DNA of 64,000 nucleotides from Octopus bimaculoides (GCF_001194135.2 NC_068988.1:95785201-95849200); one strand, 5' to 3'. Counted from the first letter of the stretch, positions 13,694 through 28,878 are shown. Translations and numbers: made by a program. Notes: generated from the letters alone by a model not told the origin.

Positions 13694-14216
13694 TGTATGT
13701 ATGTATGTATGTATGTATGTATGTATGTATGTATGTATGTGCGCAAATTAGTCGAGTCGTTAGAGTGTATGATGAAATGCCTTGTGGTATTTGTTCTGAT
13801 TCGATTCTCTGCGTCTTAAGGTCAAATCCCTCTAAGGTCAAATTTAATTTTCCTCCTTTCAGAGTTGATAAAAAAAAGTACGAATCCAGGACGATGGACC
13901 GGAAGACGAATTGTTCGAAACATCGGACCGGGATGTTTTTCTGTTTCCGTTCCTGTTTCTGTACATTCTCCGTTGAAATTCCGCCCCGTCACTGTAAAAC
14001 AGCGTAAAGCATTTCTGTCAAGAGTTGTAACCGACAGACAGTATTAGAACTTTGAAGCAAACAATGGAAACTTAGTCTTAAATTGAAAACATCCCCCCAA
14101 CACATACACACACATAGACAAATATATATTCATATATACCTACACGGGTTTCAAACCATGCCTTTGTTTTTTTTTTTTATATAAATTATCAATGTTTAGA
14201 CATCTATTATAATGTA

Positions 14217-14413
14217 TTAATTCATTACCAGTCTCTTAATTACGGGTGAAAAATCGTTCTGTTTCACTGCTCGTTCGTAAGTCTTTTCTAGGGGAAGAAC
14301 TGTGTCGTCATCAATTTCACTTCGTATGGCCCGTTGATCTAATCCTCTCGAAAGGATTTTCATCAACTGTTCGTCACGGTTTGACACATCCATCGAACTT
14401 CTTTTACCATTTC
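14217..14413 (-). CDS. GGNG: GGNG/EP precursor, coding exon 3 (GN-GKR amidation/cleavage site + C-terminal associated peptide)
   Basis: Acceptor atttcttttctatttcag|GA AAT GGT AAA AGA. Open to TAA at 14219-14217. The three exons sum to 64+39+197=300 nt (99 aa + stop). The last three residues are uncertain because of a possible donor CTG|gtaatg at 14229. Confidence 0.85.
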
Positions 14414-15066
14414 CTGAAATAGAAAAGAAATATAAATATATGTATAAATAAATACATAAAAAGAAAAATGCGGTCAAAATCTATGGAAACTGGCGCTAAT
14501 GAAGAAAACCTTACATTATCAATTTGCCTGTAAGAAATAACAGCCAAATCCTCTAAAAATCACACCATACTTTCTTCAGAAAGATCAGGCATATTGGATA
14601 ATGTTCTCTGAAGTGCATTATAACTAAAAGAGATGGTCATTAATGGAACACTGGTTGTCATCATTAACATATCCGATCAGAATTGGACTGGAGCTAAAAC
14701 AAGAATAACAAGATCAACAACATAATAGGCAAATCAAGCATGGTCGCTCTTTGTGGTTACCTGATTTGCCTGAAATAGCGGTCAAATCTTCCTCTAACGA
14801 AACTCCAACGGTCTTTAAACGGTTTAAATAAATATACAAAGTAATCCTCCTTGTGAAAAGTCAATGATGTAATTTCACCGCGTTTTATCTCTCCGTGGAC
14901 AGAAAAATGAATCTATTTGACTAATCTCGCAGAAAGATCGTCCATTTTCCGTTTACTTTTTACAGCGTACTAAATTGCATATGCATTAGAAATTTATATA
15001 ACTTATGTTTCAAATAATCTAAAATAGATTGCACCGTTTCGTGCACTATACTTAAGCTCTTCCTCC

Positions 15067-15112
<46 letters not shown>

Positions 15113-17025
15113 CGTCTTGTCCCTCTAACTGGTAATTAACATCATGATTTAAAGTCTTCTCCTACCCAGCCTCTTTTTATAGACAGTTACTGTATATCCA
15201 ATTGACTACTCCTTATGTCTTCTTTCCTCCCCGAGGAAAAGAGATACATATGACAATATTTATGACCATACCTAGCATGAGTTGTCAACTCACTCTCGTC
15301 CTTTATACAAAATAGATACAGTCCTCTAGTCTTAGATTTAGTAGTTGATAAAAAGATAAATGAATTAGAAATGAATCACAATCCCTTACAATACTATGAC
15401 CCCAATAGGCTTCGTGCGATTTTGGGAAGTGTAGTCTATTCTTAGCTGCAATAGCGACAACATGAATTTCTTCCATATTCTTGCTTTGTTAAAATATTTG
15501 AGAAAAATTATATTAATGTGTCCTTCTTGTTAAAATTTTGTTCATTTGTTTGTGCAGATGAAGATGACACTGATGTAAATTGATGTAATGATTGCATTGT
15601 TCAATTAAATGGAGCCGCTTGAAACAGTCGTACTGCATCACTACTTGATATCCTTTTGCTTATTTTGATTATATATATACATATATAACATTTAATGTAC
15701 AGAATGTAATGATACGAGCTAACTTTTGACGCGGGACTAGGCATATTTTTCTAACACATCTTGTGTCGCTAAGCGATCTTTAGGCGCTAAGCACTTGGTA
15801 TATTCAATTTACAAATATAAAAGAAATCACGAGAAAAAAAACACGAGGAGAAGGTAATTGTAGAATAATTCATCGGAGGGGGGTCCAAAGTCTGCAAGAT
15901 GGCTGCTCAGTCCGGAGAGGGTGGTGTCCTCCAGTTTACCAAAAGAAATTTGTCCATATGTTTGCATTTGCTGGAAATTTTGGATCTGGAATTCAGTAGT
16001 GATGTGGGATTCGTAGATCTAAAAGGAATATACGACCTTTCAACTTCGCCTAAGTTGCATTTCTTAGATCCATACCATGCGTAGCAAGCCAGTTTCGCGG
16101 GTTTACTTTTGTCGATGTGCCTATGAGGTTTGAAGAATAACTCCACATATATGTTCTTAGTAATTATAGACAACACATCAACGCGACACATAAACGAATT
16201 CGAACAGACATACATATATTTATACATTAGGTTATACAGTTTATTAGTTTCGATGATAAAAAGTGAAACTATCTCTATTAATCGATGCGAAAGTATAAAA
16301 ACCATGTTCCGCGGGTCAGACACGGTGTTAACTGAACAATCTCCTTGACAGAATGAATGATTAACTTTATTTGCATATTTTTATTTCTGTTGGCGACTTC
16401 TTCAATAATTTTCTCTTTGATCATTTGTAATTTCAGAAATGATTGCACCTTAGTTGACTGTCTGCCGCTCTACAAATAACGTTTGTCATATTAAAACCGA
16501 TACAAATTTTGATCTAAACTTAAAAAAGGTGATACATTATTTTCATTATTTATGCTATTTTCTTTACAAACCTTTCCCACCCCCAGAGAAGAAACCCAGC
16601 GATTTCCTTACGAGAGCAGAAAAGTTGTTGGAAAGTAAAACAACACATCAATAAAGATTTAAGACTAAAGTGCCGGGGCACGTAGACAAGAAATGAGATG
16701 AATTAATATACGCACAAACACTCATAAACAGACTCATAAAAACAGTCACACGCACGTATATGTGCATATATATAGTATGTATGTGTGTGTGTGTATATAA
16801 ATATATATGTATGTATGTATATGTGTATGTATGTATATATATATATGTGTGTGTGTGCGCGTGTATATGCATCTATGATTGTGTGCAAACGTGTATATAT
16901 TCTGACAACAATAAACTGCTTCCGTCCGAACTTCTTTTCAGCTGTAAAGTGCATACGCAGAATTTCAAATTGCTGCAGTCAAGCGTAGAAGTAGGTCACT
17001 TACATTAACCAATCGAATCACTTAA

Positions 17026-17060
<35 letters not shown>

Positions 17061-17679
17061 CACACACACACACACACACACACACAGATAGATATATATA
17101 CGCACACATACACAAAACATCGCACGATTGTAGAAAGGGTTCGAACTAGACGGGCTGAATCTTATTGATTTCTATCTGGGACTAAATGAGAATTAGACAA
17201 CAAGGTATAGATGATTGGGAATAAACCAACCCAGTGTAACAATCAGTCGGTCGTTTGTTAGTCAAAGTTCTTTCGTCATTGTTCGCCACCTTTTCCATGA
17301 TTTTGTGACTCTCACTCTCGCTCCAAGATCTGCTATGAGTCTTAGAAAAAGGATGCTAGATGTGTCGAAACAATTGTNNNNNNNNNNNNNNNNNNNNNNN
17401 NNNNNNNNNNNNNNNNNNNNNNNNNNNNNNNNNNNNNNNNNNNNNNNNNNNNNNNNNNNNNNNNNNNNNNNNNNNNNNNNNNNNNNNNNNNNNNNNNNNN
17501 NNNNNNNNNNNNNNNNNNNNNNNNNNNNNNNNNNNNNNNNNNNNNNNNNNNNNNNNNNNNNNNNNNNNNNNNNNNNNNNNNNNNNNNNNNNNNNNNNNNN
17601 NNNNNNNNNNNNNNNNNTATATATATGTATGTATATATATTTATATATTTATATATATACATGTAGTCGCCAGGGCTCC

Positions 17680-17950
17680 GTCAGGCGATAATGGGAGGGC
17701 TACTGTTGTACCACTTGTGAGTAAATCCATTCTCGGTATTAATACATCATCTACCTCATCAGTTACCAATGGTAATTTATGTAGTTATGCGGGTGATTGC
17801 TAAATCTCTGTCGATAAGCTTAGCACCATGCAGTGGGCCTTTGCTGAGATGAAGTAAAGCATTAGCATTATAATTAGTTCAAAAATTCTATAGGATAATT
17901 TAGAGCCTGCCATCTATCTCTGGCGTCAACAGTGTTTCCACTCTAACTTT
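17680..17950 (-). mobile_element. Decayed Helitron Pif1-like helicase C-terminal fragment
   Basis: LNYPIEFLN (cf. VNYPTEFLNSL), HLSKGPLHGAKLIDRDL (cf. NL..GLCNGTRLI), DDVLIPRMDLLTS (cf. VLIPRI.L.PS). Same strand as, and downstream of, the 18655-19680 piece. Confidence 0.7.
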
Positions 17951-17979
17951 CTGTGATTTTATCTGCCAAGAGATTCAGA

Positions 17980-18023
<44 letters not shown>

Positions 18024-18033
18024 NNNNNNNNNN

Positions 18034-18240
18034 TAACGTAGTTCTCAGGGAGATTCAGCGTGACACAGAATATGACAAGGTTGGCCCCTTTGAAATACGG
18101 GTACAACTCATTTCTGCCAGCTGAGTGGGCTGGTGCAACGTGAAATAAAGTGTCTCGCTTAAGGACACAGCGCGCCGCCAGGACTCGAACTCACAACCTT
18201 ACGATCGCGAGCCGGATGCCCCTAACCACTAAGCCACGTG
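18034..18240 (-). mobile_element. tRNA-derived SINE related to family C, inserted between the two Helitron fragments
   Basis: TAACGTAGTTCTCAGGGAGATTCAGCGTGACACAG...GGACTCGAACTCAC...CCCTAACCACTAAGCCACGTG. Confidence 0.8.
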
Positions 18241-18248
18241 CCCCCCCC

Positions 18249-18335
<87 letters not shown>

Positions 18336-18554
18336 TATANNNNNNNNNNNNNNNNNNNNNNNNNNNNNNNNNNNNNACACATATACATATATATACACAT
18401 ACACATATACATATATATACACACATACACATATATATATACACACATACACATATATATACACACACATATACATATATACACATACACATATACATAT
18501 ATATACACGCATACACATATATATACACACATACACATATATATACACACACAT

Positions 18555-19680
<1,126 letters not shown>

Positions 19681-20137
19681 TAACATGAAATCTATTCCAG
19701 GGAAACTTGTTTTTTTTTCCTATACACACGGTACACATAACTACACTATCCGCTGTATACTTCTTTTTTTGAAGAAGAAGGTAGGATGTGGATTGAGGGA
19801 AATTCGGCCACTATTTCTAATAGGCTTGATAACCACCTACAGGTACTTCTTCATTATTATATACAATGGTCTTAAAAACGCTTATCATTTTAATATACCA
19901 AGATGTATGTCGCGTATTTAAAATAAATTATTTCTATAGACGCTTTGTATTACTGCAACCTCTTCCTCCTCTTCGAAAAAAAAAATTGTTTCTTATTGAA
20001 ATCTAAATTCCCCAGAGCAGGAATATGGAATATTTTGGCGAAAAGGAAGTTTCAAGAACTACTCAATAGATTTCTAAGCTGAATGAATGGGAAACAATTT
20101 ATAATACACATACACATGCATGTGCATATGTAAGTTT

Positions 20138-20174
<37 letters not shown>

Positions 20175-20288
20175 AGTACACGTCAGTGTATGCATGTATT
20201 TATATACACACACACACACACACACACACATCTTTATATGTACGTATGTGTATATAGATATAAACACACATACATATAAGAGTTTGTA

Positions 20289-20341
<53 letters not shown>

Positions 20342-21139
20342 AATTATTGTCTGTGTGTCTCTACTTCAAAATGTTTTATATCCAGAGTTTGTTAACGATC
20401 CAGTTGTACTTCCAACCACACGAGGCGTAGCGTTGGTGTTTGACCGCTCTACGCGGAAACCCAATCGACCGACAAATGACTTATACATAACATTCCTTCC
20501 TCCACAGGAAAGATACGGTTATAAAGCGGTTGCCCTGTTGCCGTCTGTATAACCTGTGCATCATATGCTACGCCAGTGGTGACTCAATATCTACCTTTTG
20601 TCATTCGCCTGCTCTAAATATAGAATCGTACCTACATACGTTGAAGCATGCATACATACATGCTCAAATATCGATCTTTCAAAACGGTCGCTGAGAATGT
20701 GTGTGTGTGTGTGTGTGAATGCATGTATTTACATGGATTCATAAACAAATATGTGAGTTCGAGCGTGTATGAGTATGCATGTATATTTTTGCGTGACTTC
20801 TTAAGGCAATATGTACGCGGTTGCTAAGGTAGACCTGCGTTTTCTCTCTCAATATCGATCCTGTCTTTAGCACTAAATTTTAAATTTAACTGTACATGAA
20901 TATATATACATACATTCTATTTATACATATATACATAACTATATACAAACGATACTATTGGTTGTTCGCAGCTGAATACATACATATACATACATACATA
21001 CATACATACATACATACATACATACATACATACATACATACATACTTACATACATATATATGTATACACACACACGTATATTTAATAAATATAGATGTGT
21101 ATGGGTGCATGTATATATGTAAGTACTTTTGTGTGTGTA

Positions 21140-21176
<37 letters not shown>

Positions 21177-21247
21177 GCATACACACATACACACATACAC
21201 ACATACACACATATATGTGTACATACACACATATCCCCGTCTCCCTT

Positions 21248-21285
<38 letters not shown>

Positions 21286-21356
21286 TTTTAACTTTTAAAT
21301 TTTCATATTCAAAAGAGACAGAGACTTTAAACTCGATTTATTCACCACTGTATGTT

Positions 21357-21401
<45 letters not shown>

Positions 21402-23353
21402 TCACACACACACAAATAACTGCATACATACTCTGATGGGCACACACATGCACATATACACAACATACGTATGTACGTTCGGGTCGTGTGTGCATACGTA
21501 TGTGTGTGTGTGTGTGAGTGCATATGTGTGTGTGTGTGTGTATTTTTTGCGTCTGTTCTTGAGACAATACATCTATTTGTCTGTTTGCTTAGGTAGGTTT
21601 GCGGATTTCTCTCTTTCGCTTCTCTGCATCTGGAGAGTCAGATATCGCCGATATTCCAAGTCTTAATTATAATTGTTCGCATGATTAATCTTTTAAGAAT
21701 ATCCTGCGTCGTCTGGGCAGGTGAATTTCAGAAAAAGCAGATATTCAGAGATTGGACAAAGCGCAGGGAAACAACGAAAAGAAACTGACAGTAACAAAAG
21801 AGTTCAAATGTATGCGCATGTGCATGTGTGTGTAAGTGTGTGTGTGTGTGTGTGTGTGTGTGTAGCAACAGAGGCAGTATCAATACCAAAAGGTAATATT
21901 TATCTTCCACTTAAAGTGTTATAACACAACATCCACTTTGAGTGGAAAATAAATATTACCTGTCTATATATATACATATATATATATANNNNNNNNNNNN
22001 NNNNNNNNNNNNNNNNNNNNNNNNNNNNNNNNNNNNNNNNNNNNNNNNNNNNNNNNNNNNNNNNNNNNNNNNNNNNNNNNNNNNNNNNNNNNNNNNNNNN
22101 NNNNNNNNNNNNNNNNNNNNNNNNNNNNNNNNNNNNNNNNNNNNNNNNNNNNNNNNNNNNNNNNNNNNNNNNNNNNNNNNNNNNNNNNNNNNNNNNNNNN
22201 NNNNNNNNNNNNNNNNNNNNNNNNNNNATATATATATATATATACAAATATTTACTTGTATGTGTGTGCGTATATATATATTTGTGTGTGCGCGTACGTG
22301 CGTGCGTGTATGTCTGTGTGCGTGTGTATGTCTCTGTGTGTGTGTATGCCTGTGTGTGTGTATGTCTGTGTGTGTGTGTGTTGTGTGTATGTGTGTGCGT
22401 GTGTGTGTGCGCGCGCGTCCTGGGTATGGCGTTGAACTGCATCCGGTTGTGAGGCACCAGTTTGGTAAACCATTCAACAACCCACATGCACTGTTGACTT
22501 CACTTAAACATTATTTGCCGTATGACATCAACATTTTCGTCGCTCGAAACTGTGACCTGGTCACAGGTAAGATTACACTGTATAACACAGGTAGATAAAC
22601 ACAGGTATATAAACTGAAACTTTTCGGGGAAAGAGAAAACTTGCTTAAATCGATACTGAACTGTTAAATCATATTTGTTTTAACGACCCCATAATGACAG
22701 CGTTCGACTTCTGTCGGATTTGAACCATGAATTTAGAGTGACACAACTAAAAGCCAATAATAATATTTGACACCAGCGCAAAACCCCACATTTTGTAGGA
22801 TAGAAATAAACTATTGCTTGTATTACACTCCATTTTCTGTACAGATATGTAACCCAAAAAATACAAACGATGCACACCTACATTAAAGATATTTTGACAA
22901 TCCGTTATGTAATTATGCAAATGGCAACATCACTGCATCAATGATGAACAAAACAACAGCGCAACGAATTGTATTCTTCGTCAAATGCTCTTCAGTTCTA
23001 ACTCAAGTGCGCAATAAACATATTTTTGTTTTCACAGTTATTCTTGGTATAATAATTAATTGTGCATTTCGTACGGAACTTTTAGATTCATTCAATTGTG
23101 TGCTTCGAGATTTTTGCTTGATGTTTTTAACTTTTTATATTCTTGGATAATCTCCTTGATTATTTCTAGCATCTTGGATTCCACGAAAGAAAACTCTAGA
23201 ATAAGTCATCCATTTATTCTATACAAAGATGGTGGCAGAAAGCACTCTTCAAATGTCTATTTTTTCACGAACTGCGACTTAAGGAGGCTGGATATTTCAT
23301 TTATTGCAGTAAAACAATGACTTGCTTTTGGCATGATGACTGTAAAAACAAAC

Positions 23354-23421
<68 letters not shown>

Positions 23422-23560
23422 TCTCTATCTATCTATCTATCTACACACCTATAAATATATATTTATGTACAAACCCATACGTACATATGCACGTATGTAT
23501 ATATATACTTATATATGTATGGATATATTTGTGTGTATATGGGTGTCAACATATACATAA

Positions 23561-23611
<51 letters not shown>

Positions 23612-24160
23612 NNNNNNNNNNNNNNNNNNNNNNNNNNNNNNNNNNNNNNNNNNNNNNNNNNNNNNNNNNNNNNNNNNNNNNNNNNNNNNNNNNNNNNNNN
23701 NNNNNNNNNNNNNNNNNNNNNNNNNNNNNNNNNNNNNNNNNNNNNNNNNNNNNNNNNNNNNNNNNNNNNNNNNNNNNNNNNNNNNNNNNNNNNNNNNNNN
23801 NNNNNNNNNNNNNNNNNNNNNNNNNNNNNNNNNNNNNNNNNNNNNNNNNNNNNNNNNNNNNNNNNNNNNNNNNNNNNNNNNNNNNNNNNNNNNNNNNNNN
23901 NNNNNNNNNNNNNNNNNNNNNNNNNNNNNNNNNNNNNNNNNNNNNNNNNNNNNNNNNNNNNNNNNNNNNNNNNNNNNNNNNNNNNNNNNNNNNNNNNNNN
24001 NNNNNNNNNNNNNNNNNNNNNNNNNNNNNNNNNNNNNNNNNNNNNNNNNNNNNNNNNNNNNNNNNTATTTTATCGAATTAAATGTAAGCAATTATCTTTT
24101 TATTTACATTTTTTAATATACTAAAATCACCAGAGAAATTTGCCAGTAATAATAATAATA

Positions 24161-24217
<57 letters not shown>

Positions 24218-24235
24218 GTAATAATAATAATAATA

Positions 24236-24565
24236 GGGAAGAGGGTCGAAAGCGTGACTCACATTGTTAGTGCTTGGGAAAGTCTTGCGCAGAAAGAGTA
24301 CAAGCGTAGACACGACAAAGTAGCCCAAAACCTCCACTGGCTACTATGTACAAAGTACAAAGACCACGAAATTGCAGTATTCAAGATGTGGGGCATAAAC
24401 GTGAAAACAATATCAGTTATAACTGGGGCATTAAGCATGATAAAAAAACATATGAACAAAAACGTAAAAATTATACCTGGACCCTCAATATTACACACTG
24501 TCCCCACAAAAATAGCTCTGCTAGGACTAGCTACATCCTACATAAAGACATTATCAATTCAATAA
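24236..24565 (+). mobile_element. R4/Dong-type non-LTR retrotransposon 3' fragment, internally deleted
   Basis: ESVTHIVSAWESLAQKEYKRRHDKVAQNLHWLLCTKY (zinc-knuckle end/RH motif) is fused directly to MWGINVKTISVITGALSMIKK...KIALLGLATSYIKTL* (RLE C-terminus). The PD..D core is absent. Directly follows a (TAA)n tract. Confidence 0.75.
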
Positions 24566-24729
24566 TACGACTTCAACAATCCACAAACACAAGACACACT
24601 CTATATAGTAAATATCCAATAAAATTAACAACCACCACAACCGGTACTCGACAGGGCGGATACCCAACAAGAGCACAACTCGCATTATACACACAACACA
24701 CAATACAAGCACAAATACAACATAAGACT

Positions 24730-25010
24730 GGAACCAAAATCTTGGAGATGATTAAAATGTCAGCTACGATGGATCCATCAGGAAGGAGAATTCAAGGAAT
24801 AAATACCACAAAAAAGTTTTTTAAAATATGGTCGTCTGAATTTTCAGCTTACAACAAGCAATATCGATCGCATCATCTTTGCAATGCTTATCCTCGCGCT
24901 CACATTTTGCATTCTGAACTGGTCAATGCTAGAGGTCAGTGAGACAGACATACGAATTCATAAGCTGCTCAGTGATATTGGAAAATTTAGCTTTAATGGA
25001 GATGTAGACA
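24730..25010 (+). mobile_element. R4/Dong-type reverse transcriptase C-terminal fragment (decayed)
   Basis: Frameshifted LGDD*NVSYDGSIRKE / KIWSSEFSAYNKQ / IFAMLILALTFCILNWSMLEVSETDIRIHKLLSDIGKFSFNGDVDRL*FP. Matches YLG.DENISY.G.I.KE...KIWSSELSAYNK...FA.P.L..TFGILDW...EI...DI..RK.L...G.FH.NSD.DRLY.P. Confidence 0.75.
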
Positions 25011-25418
25011 GGTTATAATTCCCATGCGATTATAGACTGGACAGCAATATGATGAGAAGAACACGGCGTAAAGGCAGCATCTATGGACCATCGATAATAA
25101 GTGAACAAATCAAGTACCCAAGATAAACTTTCAGTTTCAGATATAATTATTGGAGCAATAAGATACGACCAACCCTCCTGGATTAGGATAGGGTTAAACT
25201 TAGAGATTCTTGAGCAAGGAATACAACTTGTTAATTCATATGCTACAAATGGTCAAGATATCTGGGACAATAAGAATCTGTTAGGAATTCTTAAGATTTA
25301 ATGAACGATGAAGAAAACAAGATGCTTTCCTTCACAACCTTGCTATCAAGAAGATGACCAGTCAAAATGAACTCTAAATTTAAAAGAAACAAGAAAACAC
25401 ACATATATGCACACTCAT

Positions 25419-25486
<68 letters not shown>

Positions 25487-26513
25487 ACACAAACGCACAT
25501 ACACACACACATCTCCTTGCTTCCGGATGACTTAAAAGGTCATTGAATGTCTTGCAAGACACATGACCCAATTAACATTCACAGACAGACTATAACATCT
25601 CCAAACATAGAATATATTCTCTATAAAGACATGATTATGTCGTTCAGTACATGTAATTTACGCATTTCTAAATTCCTAAGGAATGGCAAAGAAATTGCTT
25701 TGATAACCTCATTGAACTTCAGGCAAGTTTCAACTGGCGACGATAAAACAGTAAAATATAAACCAGTGAACAGAGAATACCGGAAGATTTCGTGGTCGTT
25801 GTTACTTATTCTCAAGTCAAACCTGATCGATCAGATCTAGGGTGAAAGGCGTTCCAACTGTAACCACCGGGTTGTTTTTATATATCTATGATGACATTAT
25901 CTAAGGTGTACTTTTAAATTTAGGGTAATAGGGTTTAGATTGTAGGGATGTGACAGCTATTTCTAGTAAATGGAGCGATCGTGTAGAAAGTTCCCCTAGC
26001 AGGCTGAGAGAAACTGGAGTTTATTTACCGTTGTATATTCGAGTAGAGAATTACTGTTTAGAGAAACATAGTCAGGGACAGTCGGTTTGTCCAAGAATAT
26101 CTGAGAGTAGATCGGGATGGTCGTCGACAGAACGCTTTTAATTCCGCTCAGTGAGGTCTGACCCAAGGCTAAACAATAACGAAAACCATACAACTCAAAA
26201 TGTCCGAAATGTTGGCGTTTATTATTTCACGATAACTATTTACAATTAGCTCTGACTGACATATAGAGACGCACATTCAATAACACCGTTTACAAATTCT
26301 ATGCTTGGAATGACCGATTTAAGTACTATTGGAACTTACTGATAAGGTACAGGAATCATATATATATATACATATATATATACCATTCTGCCTAAATAAT
26401 GGAACTACAGATACAGTACCCCTGAATATCTCACGTCTATTTTCATTCCTCCACTTCACTCTCTATTTCATATCTTATCTAGAATAACTATTGCTTAACC
26501 ATTTTTTCACACC

Positions 26514-26561
26514 GTCTCCGATGAAGGGATAAATAAAATATCCCGGAAACAGCTGTAAGAC
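26514..26561 (+). ncRNA. Penelope-type minimal type I hammerhead ribozyme motif (core mutated)
   Basis: Stem I GUCU/AGAC; core CCGAUGA (consensus CUGAUGA); stem II GGGAUA/UAUCCC; GAAA; palindromic stem III ACAGCUGU; GUA cleavage triplet. Confidence 0.6.
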
Positions 26562-26647
26562 CTTATATTTATAAATGTTCTGAAATCGTTCACAGCCTTG
26601 GATTTTTATATCATTCTGTTAATTTATATATATATATATACATACAT

Positions 26648-26725
<78 letters not shown>
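26648..26725 (+). repeat. (GATA)n microsatellite
   Basis: Direct reading. Confidence 0.95.
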
Positions 26726-26726
<1 letters not shown>

Positions 26727-26960
26727 TCACGTGATCACGTGACCGACTAGACTATCAAATGTCGTTACACATTGCTGGTCACAATGCACTTTGCATCGTT
26801 TTAGCCTTCGAATGACGCGACCCCGCTCATCGAAAAGAGACTGAAGCAACGTGAAACTAAGTGTGTTGCTCAAGAAAACAACGCACCACCCGGTCTTGGA
26901 ATCGACCGCATGATCTCCCGATCGTGAGTACAACAGACTAACCACTGGGACGCACACCTT
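26727..26960 (-). mobile_element. tRNA-derived SINE (distinct 3' module) with (TATC)n tail
   Basis: GAAGCAACGTGAAACTAAGTGTGTTGCTCAAGAA.ACAACGC...GGAATCGA...ACTAACCACTGG head shared with 18034-18240 and 51820-52070. Adjacent (GATA)n at 26648-26725. Confidence 0.7.
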
Positions 26961-28049
26961 CATATATCTATATATACACGTATGCAGTTATGTATATGTA
27001 TTACTTAGATAATGTAGATAGATGTTTAGTTGATAGCATAAGAAAATATCTGATGCTATACAGAAACAAAAACAGTCTACATAATCGAAATATAAACAAA
27101 TAATTTAAATAATATATTATAGCATAAAGATCAAATAAAAAAAAAATAACGTTACGAAAAACTCTCAATTCTATCGAACATTCTCTTCTGTTAATCGTCT
27201 CACCACGACAAGTTTTGCTTCAATTTTTTCCCCTCCGTTTTCTTCATTTTATCTGTTTGTTTGTTTGTTTGTTTATCTCATTAGCCCGATATTCTGTCGT
27301 CTGCTGTTTTCCCTTTCTTTATTTTTCTTTTTCTTTTCTCCTTCCATTGATTTACTTACAGTACAGAAATGAAGAACAATAACACAGTGTGCAACAAAAA
27401 GAAAAGTAATCCTCAAGTATAAGCAACGTCATATATACATACATGTATATATATATGTGTGTTGTATATATATATATACACATATATAAGTACAAAGTTA
27501 GATATGTAATATGTATATATATAAATACATAGTTAGATATGTAGATATATGTGAATGTGTGTATGTAGAGGTGCATGTATTGCTTCAACTCTAGCAGAAG
27601 GGAAATAAATGATTTACACCCAATCAAATATTATTTTTTTCCCCTTTCTTTCTTATTAATCATTTCTATTTTCCCCCCAATGTTTTGGTTAAAAAAAAAT
27701 AATACAAACAATACTAATAAGACAAACAAAAAACCCATTTTTTATTCGTTTACCTTTAGCAGAGTATAACGAATCTAATCATACTTTAATATTAAAGATT
27801 GGGACCGTGTTAAGAATGTGGAAGAAAGGCAGAGGTAATGTGAAAGAATGGAGCCAGGTCAATGCATTTGGTTTGAGAAATAAATCAGAAGAAACATGCA
27901 AAAATGTAGTTTGTGTTGTGATGCTCTGTACGCGTACACTTATACACACAGACACACATATACCTATACGTACATGCATACATACATGCATATATATTTA
28001 CATATACAGATATATACATATATATGTATGTGAATATATCTGTGAATGC

Positions 28050-28082
<33 letters not shown>

Positions 28083-28844
28083 TGTATGTATGCATGTTTG
28101 TATGTATGTATGTATGTATGTATGTATGTATGTATGTATTATGTATGTATGTATGTATGTTTGTATGTATGTATGTATGTTTGTTGAGAGGAGACAAAAA
28201 CATACGTCAATTAAGGAATGATATACTGTTTCATGTTTGTTCGAAAATGCTGCTGTATTGTCAGATAAGTGACAGTATAGTTTGATACTGTTACAAGATG
28301 GGTTTCTCTTCCGCACGTCATTAGCAAACAGAGAGACAGCAAAATAAATGACAGAAAACAAAATAATTTGTCAACTCACTAATCTACATTAAGGAATTGA
28401 CGTATTCACTACTCCTGTATGAATACGTCTCTACATCAAGATATAAATACTAACACAATCAGGCACATACGTGCACACACAGCTGTATACGTATGCATGA
28501 ATCTATGTGTGTATGTATATGATCTAAGAGGTCACATTGCGGTCATTCCCATCATAAGTTCTTGCAGGATATGGCTACATTCGTTAAGGTCTTACGATCG
28601 AAACAGCTGTAAAGTATCTCCTTAAATAATAAAAGAATAGAAAACGTCTATATTCGTATCATGTTTAAAAGAAGTCTACTTAATTTCCTGGGATGTTGTA
28701 TCTCTGATAACATAGTCCGTTGTTCCTGTCGATAAATCGTGTAGTTGGATCCAGTGGAAGGATCTAGCGGCGCTGGTGTATACAATCATGTTATTCAACG
28801 TAGCAACAGCCCAGTCTTTCCTGTATAAGTTTGTGCTAGACCAG

Positions 28845-28878
<34 letters not shown>

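Noticed and set aside
13826-13851. Two AGGTCA nuclear-receptor half-sites
   Set aside because: Explained by a small 16-bp-period local duplication; spacing is non-canonical and there is no other support.
15899-16084. ORF MAAQSGEGG... with a good Kozak context, and the opposite-strand 138-aa ORF
   Set aside because: No recognisable motif and no convincing splice chain; lies inside GGNG intron 2.
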